Shown here: one piece after another, positions 48,327-58,908 of the stretch | Position numbering within the stretch: position 1 is the first letter of the stretch | Layout of the letters: each line of letters opens with the position of its first letter | Made by a program: the position numbers and the translations under genes | The notes under the pieces: model-generated | What the model saw: only the letters and a program-made list of their open reading frames with translations | Database searches by the model: none | Told to the model about the DNA's origin: nothing | Assembly (NCBI GenBank): GCA_963707655.1 | Contig: OY970172.1 | Location: 544,001-608,000 of the forward strand | Reading direction: 5' to 3' | Length of the DNA: 64,000 bases | DNA from: an uncultured bacterium | GTDB lineage: Bacteria; Babelota; Babeliae; Babelales; Vermiphilaceae

Positions 48327-48896
48327 TTAATTATTCTCTTGTTGTTCTTCTAGAAATGCAGATAGATCCCATTCCTGCCGAGTAATATTATAGCGTGCTA
48401 CTGCTTTATTTCCATCAAAGCCAAACTTACCATTAAAATTACTTGTTGCTGAGCCATAATTGGCAAGGAATATCATTTTTGCTGTCGCTAAAAAAAGAGC
48501 ATAAAGATCCCTGGACTCAACACCATTATCTCGTTCAATCAATAATATCTTTTTCTGCTTGCTGAAGGCCAAAATGTGCACTTCCTTGGGGAACGTGACT
48601 TCGTTTAAATTATTAGAATAAACCCAAGATATCGTAGAATAATAATGAGCACCGCCATGCCGATCCATACGCGAAAAATATAGCCCACGCGGTTTTATGG
48701 AATGATGGATACCTTCATCATAGCTAGTTGGCATTTCCTCGCCGCTATGAATTACTAGATTTTTTAAATCATTTTCCAGATCTGAAAAGGGACTTCGCCA
48801 TTTTATAACGGGTGTAACTGACTATGCTTGATTATCCATTGCCTGCATGCTACACAGCAAAAACAATACAACAATGCCATATATTTTGTAACTCAT
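48327..48896 (-). pseudogene. Exported hypothetical protein interrupted by an in-frame TAG at 48824-48822
   Basis: MSYKIYGIVVLFLLCSMQA-MDNQA*SVTPVIKW... continues in frame into ORF 48327..48734. Confidence 0.65.
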
Positions 48897-49068
48897 ACGC
48901 ATTCTCATTTTTTGGTAATGAATTAATTATTTTCCAATCAATTTTATACAACGATGACACAAATGATCAACTATCGACGAAATCATGCAACTACTTTTTG
49001 CTCATTATCTCATTCGAATAAGCGAAAGATGGAGAAGAGTATTATTTTTGTGTTGCATAACGCCTATT

Positions 49069-49102
49069 AAAAAAGAAAAGCCACGCATTTCTGCGCGGCT
49101 TT
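49069..49102 (-). terminator. Intrinsic terminator (copy B)
   Basis: AAAGCCACGCA-TTTC-TGCGCGGCTTT with an A-run on the left. Confidence 0.7.
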
Positions 49103-49167
49103 ATTAAGTATCTACTTATATCTGTTACATAATCATCGCGATGCTTCTGCGGTATTACAAGATATCT

Positions 49168-49635
49168 CTATTCCTCTATTGCTATTATCACGTGCGCATA
49201 CTGCTCCGGCGATATATTAAATACGTGACGAGCTTTCTCATAATTAAATCCCACAAAGCTACCCTCTTCGGGGACGGGGTAAATAAAGTCGGATCCGTGA
49301 ATTATGCGAATCTTGCCTCCACCATTGAGAGTCTGCATTTCCAAATCATCCCATGGAAAGCAATCCTGCTTGGAATAGGTTGCAACAGTTAAAATTAATG
49401 TTTGTGCATTTTTTACCAAATCTCTGCTGTAAGTTAATAAGCTAAAAAGCGTATTCCACGTCTCCGTCCCTTTTTCGCCATAAATCAAGTAAAAGGAATC
49501 TCGCTTTTCAAACTGATAGGCACGAGCAACAATATCATAACTGACGTCTTTAAGACAATGCGCATATACCAGAGTTCCGGTTAGTGCCAATGCAAGGATA
49601 ATCAATAATAGATTTTTTTTGATTCTAGAAATCAT
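49168..49635 (-). CDS. Exported hypothetical protein
   Basis: Signal peptide MISRIKKNLLLIILALALTGTLVYA; directly downstream of the nitroreductase. Confidence 0.7.
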   Translation of the reverse strand: MISRIKKNLLLIILALALTGTLVYAHCLKDVSYDIVARAYQFEKRDSFYLIYGEKGTETWNTLFSLLTYSRDLVKNAQTLILTVATYSKQDCFPWDDLEMQTLNGGGKIRIIHGSDFIYPVPEEGSFVGFNYEKARHVFNISPEQYAHVIIAIEE

Positions 49636-49637
49636 AG

Positions 49638-50312
49638 TTATATTTGCTCAAACTTACCTTCAAAAGCAAAATCTTCTATCGGTTTACGGTCTGATGGTTT
49701 TGCATCACGGCCGCGCACCGCTTCAGGTGCATTCTCTATGCTGCCCGGTTTGCCAATGGCTACCATTGCTTCAACGGTATACCCTTGCGGAATTGCAAAG
49801 GTAGCGCGCGCTTTATCGTAATCAAAGCCGCCCATGCCATGAGCAACCAGACCATCAATTGTTGCTTGCAATGCCATGTTTTGCCATGCAGCACCAGTGT
49901 CAAATGAATGAGTTCTTGAAAATTCATTGTTATGAGCAAAATGATTGCGGGAAACAATCAGCACTAAAGCGCCTGCATTTTTTACCCAGCTCTTGTTAAA
50001 ATCAACGAGCGTATCAAATAATAAATCCCATGCCGCTGTACCTTTAATGCCATAGATAAAAAACCATGGCTGATCATTAAATGATGAAGGAGCCCAGCGA
50101 GCCGCCTCAAATAAACGATTCAATGCTTCTTTTTCGACTACATCACCAGACAATGCGTATGATGAAACACGATTAAGAAAGAGAGGATCAATAGCATGCG
50201 CCGCTTTGCGGTCTACTTTTAAAGAAGTCACGGTCACCTTTTCATCAGAAATAATTGAGCGAACAGACAAACCAATACCAATTCCCAAAATAAACACTAC
50301 TATTTTATTCAT
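49638..50312 (-). CDS. Nitroreductase family protein with hydrophobic N-terminal extension
   Basis: LFLNRVSSYAL, EAARWAPSSFNDQPWFF, FDTGAAW, HGMGGFD. Confidence 0.92.
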   Translation of the reverse strand: MNKIVVFILGIGIGLSVRSIISDEKVTVTSLKVDRKAAHAIDPLFLNRVSSYALSGDVVEKEALNRLFEAARWAPSSFNDQPWFFIYGIKGTAAWDLLFDTLVDFNKSWVKNAGALVLIVSRNHFAHNNEFSRTHSFDTGAAWQNMALQATIDGLVAHGMGGFDYDKARATFAIPQGYTVEAMVAIGKPGSIENAPEAVRGRDAKPSDRKPIEDFAFEGKFEQI

Positions 50313-50351
50313 ATTCTTTTCCATATCACAATACTCAGTCATTATTCATAC

Positions 50352-53041
50352 TTAAAATTGAAAAAACGAATCATCGTTGTCAGCATCCATTTTCATTTCC
50401 GGTGCATCTTCATCATTTGATGGTTCTCGTAAAGCATCAAAATCTTCTATGATTCCTTCTTCCAACATCTCATTGTCTAAAACGTCAGGAGAGAACAGAT
50501 ATTCTTGATCGGATTCAAGGCCATCCATTCTGCGCGCCCCTTGTAAAGGCGAGCTACCACTCTGGCCGGCATCAGTCTCATCAGCTGCTGCTTCGCCTTC
50601 AAAGCTGACCGCTGACGATAGTTTTTGATCAGCATCAAGTCTAATCAAACGAACTCCTTTTGCCTGACGTCCCAACGTTCTGATTTCCTGAGATGGCAAG
50701 CGAATAATTTTACCTGACTGATCAATTAACAGAATGTCAGAATCATCGCCTACAATCGCAAGACCAATAACCTTGCCATTGCGCTTGTCTGTAGGAATAG
50801 TGCGCACTCCCAAGCCGCCACGGTGGGCAACACGGAAATCTTGAATACCTACGCGTTTTCCATAACCATTTTCTGTAGCGAAAAGAATATCACCACCATC
50901 GTTGACTATTTCCATACCAACCACATAATCTTCGCCTTCTTTTAAGCGAATACCGATAACCCCGGCTGCCTGACGTCCCATTGAGCGGACTTCATCTTCT
51001 TTAAAGCGGATACCTTGGCCCAATGCAGTGGCAATAATAATAGTATTGGTCACCGGTGCTCAAGCGGCAGAATACCAACTCATCATTATCATGCAAAGTA
51101 ATTGCACGAATACCGGTTGAGCGGATTTTAGCAAAATCCATCGCATCGGTACGTTTGATGATACCTTGCTTGGTGAGCATAACGATAAATTTATTTTCCA
51201 TATCACGGGCACAAAGAAGACGAACAACTTGTTCACCCGGATGCCAATGGCAATAGATTCACAATAGCGCGACCCTTGGCGGTACGTGATGCTTCAGGCA
51301 CTTCAAATACCTGCAAGCTGTACACGCGACCAAGATTGGTGAAGAAGAGTAATTCATCATGATTTTTGGTAACAAAGATATCTTGCATGATATCATCAGA
51401 ACCTTCAAGTGCAGCCATGCCCATCTTGCCCTTGCCACCACGGTGCTGTACACCATAGGCTTCAAGCGGAACACGCTTAATGTAGCCTTTGCGGGTCAAG
51501 TGTTACGACCACTTCTTCATCAGGAATCAAGTCTGCTTCTGTCAAAATATCAATGGCACCTTCAATTTTGCGTGCGGCGCTTGTCATTGTATTCACTTTT
51601 AATGTGATTTAATTCTTTAATAATTTCTTGTTTAAGAATTTCAGGATTATCAATAATCGATCTTAGACGTGCAATTTCTTGCTTAATTTCTTCAATTTCA
51701 GCATAAATTTTTTCTTGTTCAAGACCGGTCAAACGTTGCAAGCGCATTTCTAAAATCGCTTTACCCTGTTCAATGGTTAACAGGAAACGTTTATTTAATT
51801 TAACAATTGCTTCGTCCGCATTGGCCGATTGCTTGAGCAATGCAATAACTTCATCAATATTTTTCAACGCTATAATGAAGCCGGCAAGTAAATGTTCGCG
51901 CGCTTCTGCTTTTTTAAGATCATAAATACTGCGCTTATAGACAATTTCACGACGGTGAAACAAGAATTGATCGAACAGCTCACGCAATGAGAAAATAACG
52001 GGACGGTTATCAAGCAATGCAAGCATCAATAAAGAAACTGATGTTTGCAATTGAGGTATGTTTATACAGTTGGTTAAGCACTACTTGTGGAATTTCACCG
52101 CGCTTAAGTTCAATAACCAAGCGCATGCCTTTTTTATCTGATTCATCTTTAATATTAGAAATACCGTCAATAATTTTGTCTTCGAACCAAATCAGCAATT
52201 TTAATGGTTAATTCTGCCTTGTTCACCATATAAGGCAATTCGGTTACTACCAAGACTGGTGCCTTTTTTTGTCTCTTCAACTTCAACCACGCCACGTAAA
52301 ATTAATTTACCACGGCCCGTTTTGTATGCTTTAACAATGCCGGCACGGCCGCAAATAATACCGCCGGTTGGAAAATCGGGCGCTGGAATAAGAGAAAACA
52401 GTTCATCTTCTTCAAGATGTGGGTTAGCCAAAATTGCCAAACAAGCATCAACTACTTCACCCAAATTATGAGGAGGGATAGAAGTTGCCATACCAACCGC
52501 AATACCGGTTGTGCCATTTATTAAAAGATTAGGCAAGCGGCTTGGCAAAATAACCGGTTCAACAGTAGATTCATCAAAGTTAGGTACAAAGCGCACTGTT
52601 TCTTTATCGATATCAGCAAGAAGCTCTTGCGAAATTTTTGTCCATGCGCACTTCGGTATAACGCATTGCAGCTGCGTTGTCACCATCAACAGAACCCCAG
52701 TTACCTTGCCCATCAAGCAATGGATAGCGTTTTGAGAAATCCTGCACCATACCAACCATAGTATTGTATACTGCTTGGTCACCATGAGGATGGTACTTAC
52801 CAAGCACTTCACCCACTACGCGTACCGATTTGTGGTATGGCTTGTTATAATGAAAGCCCAGCTGATGCATGGCATACAACACACGGCGATGCACCGGCTT
52901 GAGACCGTCGCGCACATCGGGAATGGCACGACTAACCACCACAGACATGGCATAATCAAGAAAAGAAGTTTTTAATTCATCTTCTATCAATACCGGTCTA
53001 ATGAGAGATTTAGCTAATTTTTCTTGATTTTCTGATTCCAT
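50352..53041 (-). CDS. gyrA: DNA gyrase subunit A, broken by 8 single-base insertions (probable sequencing errors)
   Basis: [27 protein letters not shown], GyrA-box QHRGGKG, pinwheel repeats and acidic tail in colinear fragments. Confidence 0.95.
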
Positions 53042-53256
53042 ACCCTGGGCCCTTGTCAAAAGAAATGGCTATTAAGTTTTAATAGTGAATATTATGATAC
53101 AACGAGCACAAAAAGAAGACAAGATATGCATGTAGATATGAGCGCATGGCGAAACTATACATTTTTGAAAGAAACGCAAAAGAGTAATAAATAGCTCAAA
53201 AAAAGGCGGTTTTCATGACATCAGTAGAACGAGGTGCCGGGTAAATACAAAAATTT

Positions 53257-54891
53257 TTATAGCACCTTATCATGAATCAATGTCTTTTGTGCAATACGCT
53301 CAAAAAGTGGTGCGGCCACCGTTGATGCATATAAATTAGGCATTGCCGCTTCTTTTATAAAAGTAACAATGACTCGTTGATAATCACCTTTTTCTACAAT
53401 GCCGGCGCACGTGTAGATATTTTTTTTAGGGTCATAGGCCCCGTTAGCCAACAAATTTGCCGTTCCTGTCTTGCTCATAACCCGGTACCCCTTAATGGCC
53501 GCTTTCTTTGCAGTGCCCTGCACAGTAGTCTCTTCTAAAATAGCACGTATTGTTTCAATGGTATCATGGGTATACAAACGCTTACCGCGACCTATCACTT
53601 TATCATCTATAATGCGTGGCTGCACGTCACAACCATCATTGGCGATAATGGAAAATGCACGCGCAAGCTGCAGCAAGTTTGCTGATATTTCATAGCCATA
53701 GGAAAGAGAATAAATTGATTGTTTTGACCAATTGCTTGGCTCATTCACAAAGCCTTTATTTTCTCCGGAAAGAGGCAATCCTATTTTTTGCCCAAAGCCC
53801 AATCGAATATAATGGTGATAGAGTTTATCCCCCAAGCGATTTGCTACCAGCGCAATACCAATATTATTTGAAGCCGCAATTACCTGCGTAAAAGGAATTT
53901 CACCACGGACCGAGCTCTGCACCGTATTAATTTTTCGCCCCTCAATAAAGGCTGTTTCCACATTGCGACAATCAATTAACTCATCCGGCGTTACCACCCC
54001 TTCTGCAAGTGCTGCCAGAGCAGTAAACACCTTAAACACCGAGCCCAGCTCATGAGTGTCTGCAAAGATTTTATTTTTTGTCTGCTCAAGATTAAGCTCA
54101 CTCGTATTATTGGGATCAAAACAGGGCGATTGTGCCATGGCAAGAATATCACCGTTGCAGGGATTCATAACAACAACCATGCCTTCTTTGGCGTTATATT
54201 TTTGCACCACCGCGTTCAACTCTTCCTGAGCAAAAAATTGCAGGTCGCTATCAAGCGTGAGCTTTACCACTTCACTCTGCTGTCCCATTGTTTTGGTTCG
54301 TCGATCAAAATAAAAATGGCCGGAGCGCGCATCTTTTTCTAAATAAGCGATCGTTGGTGTTCCTGCCAACCGCTTATTAAATGACAATTCAACCCCAAAC
54401 AAGCCTTTGTTGTCAATATCGGTAATGCCAATAATTGCTCCTGCACAGGAAAGGGGATAATAGCGGCTCGGCTCATTGAGCAATTTAATATCAGCAATGC
54501 CGCTACCGGCAATCAGTTGCATTTCTTGCGGACTCAATCTTCTTTTCACATATACAAAGCATGAATCATGATGCGCATTGAGCCGCTGCAATGCAGCAGG
54601 AAAATGCTTTTTTAAAAACGATGTTAACGCTGCACGATCTTCAATCTGACGCGGTAAAATAAATGCGGCTACGCTCTCTTTGTTCAATGCCAAAAATTGA
54701 CCGAACCTATCTACAATTGGCGCACGCGGCTGCTCAATTGAACAGGTCGTCTCATATTGCGCCTTGCCCATGCGCAGATATACCTGCTTGTTCACAACTT
54801 GAATAAAAAACAAATTCATCATGATTGCCGCGTATAGGCAACAAAAACAGAAAAAGATTATAGAAATTCGTGCATTATATGCTTTGTTCAT
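53257..54891 (-). CDS. ftsI: Class B penicillin-binding protein (FtsI-like)
   Basis: SVFK, SNN, KTGT motifs; downstream of an ftsL-like gene. Confidence 0.88.
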   Translation of the reverse strand: MNKAYNARISIIFFCFCCLYAAIMMNLFFIQVVNKQVYLRMGKAQYETTCSIEQPRAPIVDRFGQFLALNKESVAAFILPRQIEDRAALTSFLKKHFPAALQRLNAHHDSCFVYVKRRLSPQEMQLIAGSGIADIKLLNEPSRYYPLSCAGAIIGITDIDNKGLFGVELSFNKRLAGTPTIAYLEKDARSGHFYFDRRTKTMGQQSEVVKLTLDSDLQFFAQEELNAVVQKYNAKEGMVVVMNPCNGDILAMAQSPCFDPNNTSELNLEQTKNKIFADTHELGSVFKVFTALAALAEGVVTPDELIDCRNVETAFIEGRKINTVQSSVRGEIPFTQVIAASNNIGIALVANRLGDKLYHHYIRLGFGQKIGLPLSGENKGFVNEPSNWSKQSIYSLSYGYEISANLLQLARAFSIIANDGCDVQPRIIDDKVIGRGKRLYTHDTIETIRAILEETTVQGTAKKAAIKGYRVMSKTGTANLLANGAYDPKKNIYTCAGIVEKGDYQRVIVTFIKEAAMPNLYASTVAAPLFERIAQKTLIHDKVL

Positions 54892-55171
54892 CGTGCGATG
54901 CGCCTACAACAGAAAGTTTTTTTATTTGACTTAGCCGTACCGGCTCCATGTGAAGTTCTTTAGTAGCAAATTCTTTTATCGCCGTGCGGTCCTTGCACGC
55001 ATAGAGCTCTTGCGTGAGTTGTTGCCGCTTTGCCAACAAATTTGCTTTGTGCAACTCATGCTTTTGTTTGTCATATAACAGTTGCGCATGCTTGCTGTGC
55101 TTGTATACCTGCAACGTCACCAAAAAAAGCTGTGTCCCAATAAATAATGAAATAAATGTTGAACGTTTCAT
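54875..55171 (-). CDS. ftsL: FtsL-like cell division protein
   Basis: TM plus coiled coil plus IKEFATKELHM; overlaps the ftsI start. Confidence 0.7.
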   Translation of the reverse strand: MKRSTFISLFIGTQLFLVTLQVYKHSKHAQLLYDKQKHELHKANLLAKRQQLTQELYACKDRTAIKEFATKELHMEPVRLSQIKKLSVVGASHDEQSI

Positions 55172-55256
55172 ATTTTTCTCCTGTTAATTTATTCAATAAA
55201 ACTATAGCAATGCCAATTACCATTTGTTAAGGTTTTGTATAAATATAAGGAGTACT

Positions 55257-55916
55257 ATGAAAATTTTTCTTGATACATCAAATTTAGATCAGATAAAAAA
55301 ATTGTTGCCAAGCGGCATTATTGATGGCATCACTACCAACCCAACCAACTTGAGCAAAGAAGGAAAAGAACCCAAACAACAGATTCTTGCAATCTGTGCC
55401 GCATTTCCAACGGGCGACATAAGTGTTGAGGTTACCGAACAAGAACCACAAGCAGTGTATGCACAGGCAAAAGAAATTGCAGCGCTCGCAAACAACATTA
55501 CAGTCAAAATCCCTTGTCACAAACTCTATTATGAAGTTATTAAAAAATTGGTTGATGAAGGGATCGCCATTAATATCACGCTCGTCTTTACCCTTATTCA
55601 GGCACTCATGATGTGCAAATTGGGCGTGCGTTACATCTCTCCTTTTGTTGGCCGCTGGGATGATGTTGATATAAATGGATCAGATATTTTATATGAAATT
55701 CGCGAAATGATTGATGGCTACGGCTACCAAACCCAAATTCTTGCAGCATCACTGCGCAACCCGCGCCATTTGCACGAGGCTATCAATGCCGGCGCAGATG
55801 TAGCAACACTACCACCTGAAATTCTTGAAAAATCTCTTGAGCATATTTTAACCAATCAGGGAATAGAAAAATTTATGGCTGATTGGAAGAAGCTGGGCAT
55901 CAGGCAATTCCCGTAA
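55257..55916 (+). CDS. Transaldolase / fructose-6-phosphate aldolase family
   Basis: KIFLDT, GITTNPT, VKIP, NITLVF, YISPFVGR, ILAASLR. Confidence 0.93.
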   Translation: MKIFLDTSNLDQIKKLLPSGIIDGITTNPTNLSKEGKEPKQQILAICAAFPTGDISVEVTEQEPQAVYAQAKEIAALANNITVKIPCHKLYYEVIKKLVDEGIAINITLVFTLIQALMMCKLGVRYISPFVGRWDDVDINGSDILYEIREMIDGYGYQTQILAASLRNPRHLHEAINAGADVATLPPEILEKSLEHILTNQGIEKFMADWKKLGIRQFP

Positions 55917-55929
55917 CAAAAGGATACTC

Positions 55930-56395
55930 ATGAATGCAAACAAACTGGCTCTCTTATTAATATGCTTGTTTTCAACCTCAATGATCTCAGCAAATGTTAT
56001 TTTTAAAAAATTGATGAATATGCATTTGCCCGGGTGGCTTCTCTTGTTTTTTTCATTCGCTATTGAGTTTGCCTGCTACTATTATTTTCTTAATAAAAGC
56101 TGGTCGCGCACTTTGGCAGCAACTACTGCTATGAATGCTGTATCCGGCATGGGCGCATTTGGTATTTTTAAACTTTTCCTTCAAGGATCTACTGCTTCTC
56201 AGTAGACTTATTTTCATGTGCGTTTTTATCAGTTTGATAGTAATTAAAATAATAACGGCATTACCATTTTTCGGCACAAAAAATTTGAAAAATTTAGCGG
56301 TGATTGTTGTCGTGGCAAATTCATTGGGCCTATTGGCATTTATCGTCGGACTCATTATTGCCTTCACAACCGGCAATGGCCTGGGGGGCCCATAA
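55930..56395 (+). pseudogene. Frameshifted small membrane protein
   Basis: Overlapping hydrophobic ORFs 55930..56205 and 56135..56395 with matching internal motifs (AMNAVS / VANSLG). Confidence 0.55.
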
Positions 56396-56399
56396 TTTC

Positions 56400-56922
56400 A
56401 TAGCCTGAGAATGTTTTTGCCAAATGTGGCGCACCATTTTAGCAGCCAATTCTGTTTTTAGCAGCCAATTCTGTTTTTCTTTATCTTGATCTTCTGCCCA
56501 TTTTTGAAAGACGCGATCATAATATACAGTGCCATATCTTTCATCAGCTTCTTCGGTGTTAAACCAGCGCTATTCCGCTTCCATTAGCTTTCTTATTTTC
56601 AATGCTGCGTAACAAAGCACGCTCTTCTGCCGATAAGGTGGAAACAAATTCCTGTTCTGCCGCCTGCCGCTTTCTTTCCACTTCTGCTATACTTTTCTTT
56701 TACCGACATGCGCTTATTGGCATATTGTTCTTGATACACTGCATCATAGTCAGCGGCGACTGTTTTTTTGAGCTTTTCAACAAGACGGCGTGCAGCGCCG
56801 CGCTCAAGAAAATCCCATTGATCATGAGTAAATTCTGGTTGTTCTTGAGCAAAGAGCAAACAAGGAATTCTCATAAGAAATATACTAATAATAAGAAAAT
56901 AATAATTCATTATAGTCATCAT
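56400..56922 (-). pseudogene. Degraded exported helical protein gene
   Basis: Signal-like start; coding-like sequence continues in other frames (SIAEVERKRQAAEQEF; RWFNTEEADERY) across a frameshift, a stop and a 19-bp duplication. Confidence 0.5.
56441..56478. repeat. 19-bp tandem duplication
   Basis: AGCAGCCAATTCTGTTTTT x2. Confidence 0.9.
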
Positions 56923-57015
56923 GGTTCTCTCCCCACCAACTACTATTGATAATGTCTTACAGATTAGACTAGGCTATTTGTATAGGTCGTTTCAACTTTT
57001 TTAAGGGGAGTTCTT

Positions 57016-57396
57016 ATGAATAAATATGCAATAGCAGCAGCATTAACCTTTGTTATATCTGCTCAGGCAAAAGTACAAGAGATTAATTCTGAAAAAGAAT
57101 TTTATGCTATCACTGCCCATGGGGTTTCTGTGGTAAAATTCTATACACCTGAATGTCCAAACTGTCAGGGAGCCCGACCTGTATTTGAAAGACTCTCAAA
57201 TAAATTTCCTGCGGAGCATTTCTTAGCGGTAAATACTCATGACTATAAGCGCTTGGCAGATAAATACAGAGTAAGCGGATTGCCAACCTTTGCTTACTTT
57301 AAAGATGGCAAACATATAGAAGTAAAACGCCATGTTGGCAACAGCTCGGGTCTTGCAAGCACTATCGAATCCAACGTTTTATCACTTCAAAAATAA
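57016..57396 (+). CDS. Exported thioredoxin-fold protein
   Basis: Signal peptide; VVKFYTPECPNC; V.GLPTF.YFKDG. Confidence 0.9.
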   Translation: MNKYAIAAALTFVISAQAKVQEINSEKEFYAITAHGVSVVKFYTPECPNCQGARPVFERLSNKFPAEHFLAVNTHDYKRLADKYRVSGLPTFAYFKDGKHIEVKRHVGNSSGLASTIESNVLSLQK

Positions 57397-57430
57397 GCTT
57401 TTTGATTCCTAAAAACGTCATAGATACAAT

Positions 57431-57470
57431 AAAAATAGGCAGCGGTCATCAAAAACCCACTGCCTATTTT
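57431..57470. terminator. Bidirectional terminator
   Basis: AAAAATAGGCAGCGG...CCACTGCCTATTTTT. Confidence 0.75.
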
Positions 57471-57476
57471 TATTTT

Positions 57477-57758
57477 TTATTCTATAATGCGGAATACCCC
57501 ACGGTAATCCCGATCTTTTAAAAATGGTTCAATTTCGATATCAGTAATTTTCGCTTTGGCAAAATCTTTGTGTAACGTATCAATAAAATCATCAACATCA
57601 TCTTTTTCGCCGCACGCAATAATGCGAACCTGATTATCAGTAATTACAACCTGAGCGCTCCCTTCTATCGCAAATTTTCGTGCATGTTTTTGCACCGATG
57701 AATGGAGAAACCCTTCGGGCATATCAATGCCCATGATAATTTTGAGACACTTTTTCAT
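57477..57758 (-). CDS. Acylphosphatase-fold protein with degenerate catalytic loop
   Basis: 93 aa; ARKFAIEGSAQ, VRIIACGEKDDVDDFI and C-terminal FRII match the AcyP layout. Confidence 0.65.
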   Translation of the reverse strand: MKKCLKIIMGIDMPEGFLHSSVQKHARKFAIEGSAQVVITDNQVRIIACGEKDDVDDFIDTLHKDFAKAKITDIEIEPFLKDRDYRGVFRIIE

Positions 57759-57932
57759 TACTCACCCTTTTTTTAAGTGAAATCCTTTTTCGGTAAGAAA
57801 ATAACAAAAGAAGAGTTCCACTGTCAAAGATCAGTTGCATTTTAATTTTTTTATTCATTGCGCCAATGAGCGGAAATGAAATAAAGTAATGAAAAGCATA
57901 ATAATATATGTAAATAAGAAAGCGAGAATTTT

Positions 57933-58901
57933 ATGGAAAAAAAAGAACAAAAATTAATCTTAGATCCTATCATACAAAAATTTATAGATACCCTGGAAAG
58001 CAATCCGGGTACCCCTCTTTACAAACTATCACCCAAAGAAGCGCGAGAGGTGCTCAATAATGTGCAAAATATTAAGGTGCCGCTGGAGCCAGTAGATATC
58101 GAAGATAAAACAATTCCCGTTGGTCCCAAAGGCACCGTCAAGATTCGCATTATCCGCCCACAGGGGAACAAGAAAACATTACCTATTGTACTCTATATTC
58201 ATGGCGCCGGTTGGGTGATGGGTAATGCGCAAACACATGATCGCTTGGTGCGTGAAATTGCCCATGGCAGCCAGGCCGCAGTAGTATTTGTGGAATATAT
58301 ATTGGCGCCTGAAGGCCAATATCCCATAGCTCATGAAGAAGGATACGCAGTAGCACAGTGGCTCGCTAAAAATGATAAGACATTAAATCTTGATAGCTCT
58401 CGCATGGCAATCGCAGGCGATAGCGTTGGGGGATTGATGGCAACAGCCATTGCGCTCATGATACAAGAAAAAGGTGGTCCAAAACTTGCGGCGCAAATTC
58501 TTTTTTATCCGGTTACCAATGCTGATTTTGATACTCCCTCATATCACCAGTTTGCGCAAGGGCCATGGCTGACCAGACCCGCAATGCAGTGGTTCTGGGA
58601 TAATTATGTACCTAACAAGGAAATGCGCAAACAACCATTTGTATCACCGTTGCAAGCTTCATTTGAACAATTAAAAGGATTACCGCCTGCCTTCATCACC
58701 ACCAATGAATTTGATGTATTGCGCGATGAAGGTGAAGCGTACGCTCACAAGTTAATGCAAGCAGGCGTGCCGGTTGTGGCAATTCGCTGTCTGGGTATGA
58801 TTCATGATTGCCTTATGCTCAATGCTATTACCCAAGCTCCCGCGGTACGAGCAACAATAGCCCAGGCAAATGCGATACTCAAAAAAGCACTGCACTCATA
58901 G
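57933..58901 (+). CDS. HSL-family alpha/beta hydrolase (acetyl esterase/lipase)
   Basis: HGAGW, GDSVGG, DVLRDEG, GMIHD. Confidence 0.93.
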   Translation: MEKKEQKLILDPIIQKFIDTLESNPGTPLYKLSPKEAREVLNNVQNIKVPLEPVDIEDKTIPVGPKGTVKIRIIRPQGNKKTLPIVLYIHGAGWVMGNAQTHDRLVREIAHGSQAAVVFVEYILAPEGQYPIAHEEGYAVAQWLAKNDKTLNLDSSRMAIAGDSVGGLMATAIALMIQEKGGPKLAAQILFYPVTNADFDTPSYHQFAQGPWLTRPAMQWFWDNYVPNKEMRKQPFVSPLQASFEQLKGLPPAFITTNEFDVLRDEGEAYAHKLMQAGVPVVAIRCLGMIHDCLMLNAITQAPAVRATIAQANAILKKALHS

Positions 58902-58908
58902 AAGATAT

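Noticed and set aside
48822..48824. TAG as evidence for stop-codon reassignment
   Set aside because: A single case; TAG ends intact genes elsewhere, such as the esterase at 58901 and the permease at 62340.
50352..53041. Programmed recoding or a naturally split gyrA
   Set aside because: Eight same-sign single-base insertions at unrelated sites fit sequencing error much better.
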